Shown piece after piece: positions 60,457 to 64,000 of a stretch of 64,000 nt of DNA. Origin of the DNA: Opitutales bacterium (GTDB taxonomy: Bacteria > Verrucomicrobiota > Verrucomicrobiia > Opitutales > UBA2987); assembly GCA_965226885.1 (NCBI GenBank), contig CBDDEL010000017.1:800001-864000 (forward strand), written 5' to 3'. The first letter of the stretch is position 1; every line of letters begins with the position of its first letter. The position numbers were made by a program, and so were the translations under genes. The notes under the pieces were generated by a model, which saw nothing but the letters and a program-made list of their open reading frames with translations, was not told the DNA's origin and did no database searches.

Positions 60457-61951
60457 CCAATCTCCTCTTCCAGTGTTCCCACACTATCACCATGGCCATT
60501 GTATCGAGTTCACAATATTGTAACAAAAGTTGCTCCCATACCTTTTTGATTTTTTCATCGTGGCTACTCTCTCCATAAAGCATCTCGGCGTATGCGGTCA
60601 TTGCTTCTGTGCCCTCTTTTACGACTTCGGCCTCCTCAAAAATGTCGATGCTTTCAAGAGTCGCGTATGGGTCTAGCACTTGGCCATTCTCCTCGCGGTG
60701 ATAACGACGAAACCAGGGAATTTCGTATAGCTCCGGGTTATTCTTCCAAATGGCCGGCAACACCATTTTAAGTGATGTGGAACCCTTCATTATTGGATGA
60801 AAATAATTGCCCAAGGTTAATTTGCAAAGTTCGAGCACGGGACGTTGCCCGTTCACCTGCATTTGAAGCCAGTTGCGCAGATCATGCCCTCCAACGGCAT
60901 TTTGGATACACTGCTCAAGAATTTGCTTCAATGTTGTGGTCTCATAGTCAGACCAAATAAGTAGCGTGCCGTTATCTCCAACAAAGTTGCGTAATGATTC
61001 CGCAAATTCGAGGTTGGGAACCTTTTTTTCCAAATTGAGCCACTCCCTCATGAATCGGTTCCTCTCCCGGTCTTGGCACGGTATGACAGCTCCACTGAAA
61101 TGCCATCAACTCGAACGGTCGCATCCCCCTATGATAGGGAACGGCCGTCCGGAACGTTTCGAAGTCAATGAAGTGGAGTGGATATTCAATATCCATCATC
61201 ACTTCCCTCAGCGCTGGATTAATCCACTCTTGATTCAGCCCTGTGTATTCGACCTGGATTGCTCTGCGAGCCCCCATTGTTCCCATGAAATAGTTTTTCG
61301 GCAGATCGTCGAAGGATACAAATCCATCAGCGATTCTTTGATCGACAAGCCGTTCTCCGTCCTGCTTCAACCGCCCCGCCTGATAGAGATCGAGAAGCCT
61401 CGGGTGCACATCCGCCAACTTCCCCCAACAGTCGCGATACCCACATCGCCCATCCATGCTGATTTTAGAATACTCGCAATCCCGGCATTTATAACCTAAC
61501 TTGACAGATGGTTTGGTCAGCTTCTCACCCACATATTGCAACAGCCTATCGGCAAAAACAACTACCTCATCCCAAAGCTCGGCTACTTCATTGTTTACCT
61601 TGAACAGGATTAAAAATTCGTCATCCCGGACCAAGCTTTCATCCTCCAAGAAATCAACCTCTACGATTCTATCATTTTCTGGGGCCCTTCGGACCTTGAA
61701 TTGGGTCAGGAGGCCCTCGATATCCGTCGTCTTCGCTTTGTCCGGCAACAAGAGGTAGGAGTCCACAGACGAATTCGGATAGGCTGTTTTCAAAACATAT
61801 GTTTGAAACGCCACGTCTTCAATATACTCCCGCCATCCCGTTTCAATACCCCCTCTTTTACCACGGAACAAATGCCCATTTTGGTAGGCACTGGAGTCCC
61901 CGGATTTCGATTTCACTTCGATCAGATCAAAATGACTGCCCCTTTTAATTA
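60395..61951 (-). pseudogene. DUF2779-like protein (nuclease/RNase H-like), frameshifted and 5'-interrupted by a MITE
   Basis: DLIEVKS, DVAFQTYVL, PLHFIDFET, AFQWSCH, STSLKMVLP, LQYCELDTMAM. Frameshift at ~61048. Confidence 0.75.
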
Positions 61952-62249
61952 GAGGCTGTCCCAAAGTTATAACCATTTGTTTTACAGTAAGTTAACTTGT
62001 TTATAAAGCTGTCATAAAGACCGTTTTTAGGGGATTTTGGGCAATTTCGATGTCTATAACACCGTCAGCCTTTCTCTTGTTTTGCATATTCAAATACAAT
62101 TCTACCATAGACCTCTGTCTGACGCGATTATATTTATAACGAATAGAGGCCTTATACAGCGTTTTTGACGGAATTGAATGACTTACGTTCCCTTACAGTT
62201 CGGAGTCGAATATCTCAATTCGCAAAATTCGGGTTTTTGGGACAGCCTC
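61952..62249. mobile_element. 298-bp MITE sharing IS X terminal IRs
   Basis: GAGGCTGTCCCAAA ... TTTTGGGACAGCCTC, non-coding AT-rich interior unrelated to IS X. Flanks TAATTA / TAACTA. Confidence 0.85.
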
Positions 62250-62255
62250 TAACTA

Positions 62256-64000
62256 GAGGCTGTCCCAAAAATATAAAGATTTTGTAGTCAACTGGATGAC
62301 GTTTATAAAAATAGCCGGAAAGAGCATTTTTTTGCTCGATCCGGCTAAAAAAGGGTTCTATAATTGCGTTAGCGAAAATCAATATAGCCCTTTCTATGAA
62401 AAATATAGCCATCCAATGCCTCCTGCGTCCAGCTTTAACTGTGGTCGACCGTTGCCTCGATTACGATAACTTTCGCGCCATCATCGAGCGTATCGACCGG
62501 CTGCTGATCGATTCGGAGGTGGAATCGCAGGGCGTTGATCTGGCCTTGGAAAGAGGCCAGCCAATGAGTGTAAAGGCCCGGCAAAAGCGGGCTAATTTTG
62601 CCCTCAAGGCGTTGCGTATGGAAACGCTGCGTTATCTGCTCGGTGGGATTTCGTTTCGGCATTTGTCGAGGGCTCTGGGCAGCAGCGATCTGTTGGCTGA
62701 CTTTTGTCGTGTCCGCCATATCGACGGCATAAGGGGCATCTCCAAGAGCACCCTGGAACGGGCCTCGAAGTTTTTCAGCGAAGAGCAGTTGAGGGCCTTG
62801 CACCGGACCTTGACTGAGGTTGTGGGCGATGCCGATCTGGCCCGGCAGGTGGTGGGATTGGACAAGCCGATAGACACCACCATTTGCCTGATCGACGGCA
62901 CCTGTTTGGAGGTCAACATTCATTGGCCGACGGACTGGGTGCTGCTCAAGGATGTAGCGGGCACGCTGCTCAAAGCGATCCGGCTGATCCGTGAGAAGGC
63001 CGGTTTGCGCCATCGCATGCCGATCGAACCGGAGCCCTTGGCTCGGCAGATGAATCGGCTGTGCATACAGATGACCCACAGCCGGCGGCGAAAGGACAGC
63101 GCGCGGCAACGCAAGGGTATCTTGAGGCAGATGAAAAAGCTGCTCAAACGGATCGGGGAGCATGCCCGCAGTCACCGGGAATTATTGCAAGCCTGCTGGG
63201 AGCAAAGCGATTACAGCGAAAAACAGGTCCAACAGATCCTTACCCGGATGGAGCGCATGAGCGAGCTAATCCCGGTGGTCATCAAGCAAGCGCACGAGCG
63301 AATCATTGGCGGCCGCCAGGTGAAAAACGCAGAGAAAGTTTTGAGTGTTTACGAACCCGATGCGCAGGTGATTGTGCGAGGCAAAGCGGGCCAAGAGGTT
63401 GAGTTTGGCAACACCCTGTTTTTGGGTGAAAGCGTTGAAGGATACCTGCTGGACTGGAAACTCTACGGCAGCCGGACGCCAAGCGAAAATGAACAAATGC
63501 AAGAGAGTTTGCAAAGACAGAACCGCTTCAACCTAGCCGAACCCATAGCGGCCATGTGCGCGGACCGGGGATTCGCCTCCCAGCGGGCCCGCCGGCAGTT
63601 AGCCCAGGAGGGCATCTACGATGCGCTCTGTCCACGCGATCCGAAGCAGTTGAAAAAACGGATGGAGGAACCACACTTCAGGCAATTGCAAAAGCGCCGA
63701 GCCAGCACCGAAGGGCGGATCGGGGTATTGAAGAATCGCTGGCAGGCCGGGCGATTGCGCAGCAAAGGCTTTGCCAACCGCTCGATCAGCGTAGCCTGGT
63801 CGGTCCTCTCGCACAATCTATGGAAAGTGGCCAAGATGCTGGCCCAGCAAGATGAACTAAAAACCAAAGCGGCGGCCTAAATAAAGAGCGGAAAAGCAAG
63901 GACAATACTTTTTCACAGGCCTACTGTCGGCCCATACAAAGAAAACCAGGCAAACGGACCCCAAAACCAGAATCCTAACGTCATAGGAGAGCAAAGTCAC
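62256..64000 (+). mobile_element. IS X copy 5 (right end beyond the window)
   Basis: Left IR lies 6 bp (TAACTA) after the MITE. Confidence 0.95.
62396..63880 (+). CDS. IS X transposase
   Basis: 494 aa, one T>I difference from copy 2. Confidence 0.92.
   Translation: MKNIAIQCLLRPALTVVDRCLDYDNFRAIIERIDRLLIDSEVESQGVDLALERGQPMSVKARQKRANFALKALRMETLRYLLGGISFRHLSRALGSSDLLADFCRVRHIDGIRGISKSTLERASKFFSEEQLRALHRTLTEVVGDADLARQVVGLDKPIDTTICLIDGTCLEVNIHWPTDWVLLKDVAGTLLKAIRLIREKAGLRHRMPIEPEPLARQMNRLCIQMTHSRRRKDSARQRKGILRQMKKLLKRIGEHARSHRELLQACWEQSDYSEKQVQQILTRMERMSELIPVVIKQAHERIIGGRQVKNAEKVLSVYEPDAQVIVRGKAGQEVEFGNTLFLGESVEGYLLDWKLYGSRTPSENEQMQESLQRQNRFNLAEPIAAMCADRGFASQRARRQLAQEGIYDALCPRDPKQLKKRMEEPHFRQLQKRRASTEGRIGVLKNRWQAGRLRSKGFANRSISVAWSVLSHNLWKVAKMLAQQDELKTKAAA

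Noticed and set aside
1..64000. CRISPR array, tRNA or rRNA genes
   Set aside because: No regularly spaced repeats, cas genes or recognisable RNA genes. The long repeats are IS copies.

Overview
64-kb bacterial window. A Verrucomicrobiota/Opitutales-like host is inferred from the Trp-rich C-terminal domains but is not proven. The region shows heavy IS expansion and gene decay: five copies of one ~1.82-kb DDE IS (GAGGCTGTCCCAAAA ends), MITEs sharing its ends, two IS1, IS5, IS3 and IS4 elements, and IS21/IS630/IS1634 remnants. The target-site duplications of two copies of the main IS (5309-7132 and 58485-60308) are reciprocally swapped. An IS21 istA gene and a transketolase remnant each read through if those flanks are rejoined, so 5309-60308 looks like a circularly permuted ~53-kb segment integrated by IS-IS recombination, or a repeat-driven misassembly. 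Cargo: (i) a glycan cluster (sulfotransferase remnant, GT2, GT4 remnant, WcaF-like acetyltransferase, priming sugar transferase) ending in FIVE tandem diverged O-antigen-ligase/O-OTase-like (Wzy_C)+TPR paralogs, each with a conserved N-terminal HTH-like module; (ii) housekeeping genes (hydrolases, DUF420, azurin, SLC13 permease, ADH, SDR, RelE/XRE toxin-antitoxin pair, 2-hydroxyacid and aldehyde dehydrogenases); (iii) a TonB receptor/LTD protein/metallophosphoesterase/PHP-hydrolase locus followed by sugar-phosphate genes. Three exported proteins share a Trp-rich C-terminal domain. No rRNA, tRNA or CRISPR array was seen. Family assignments come from motif recognition by eye, not database searches.
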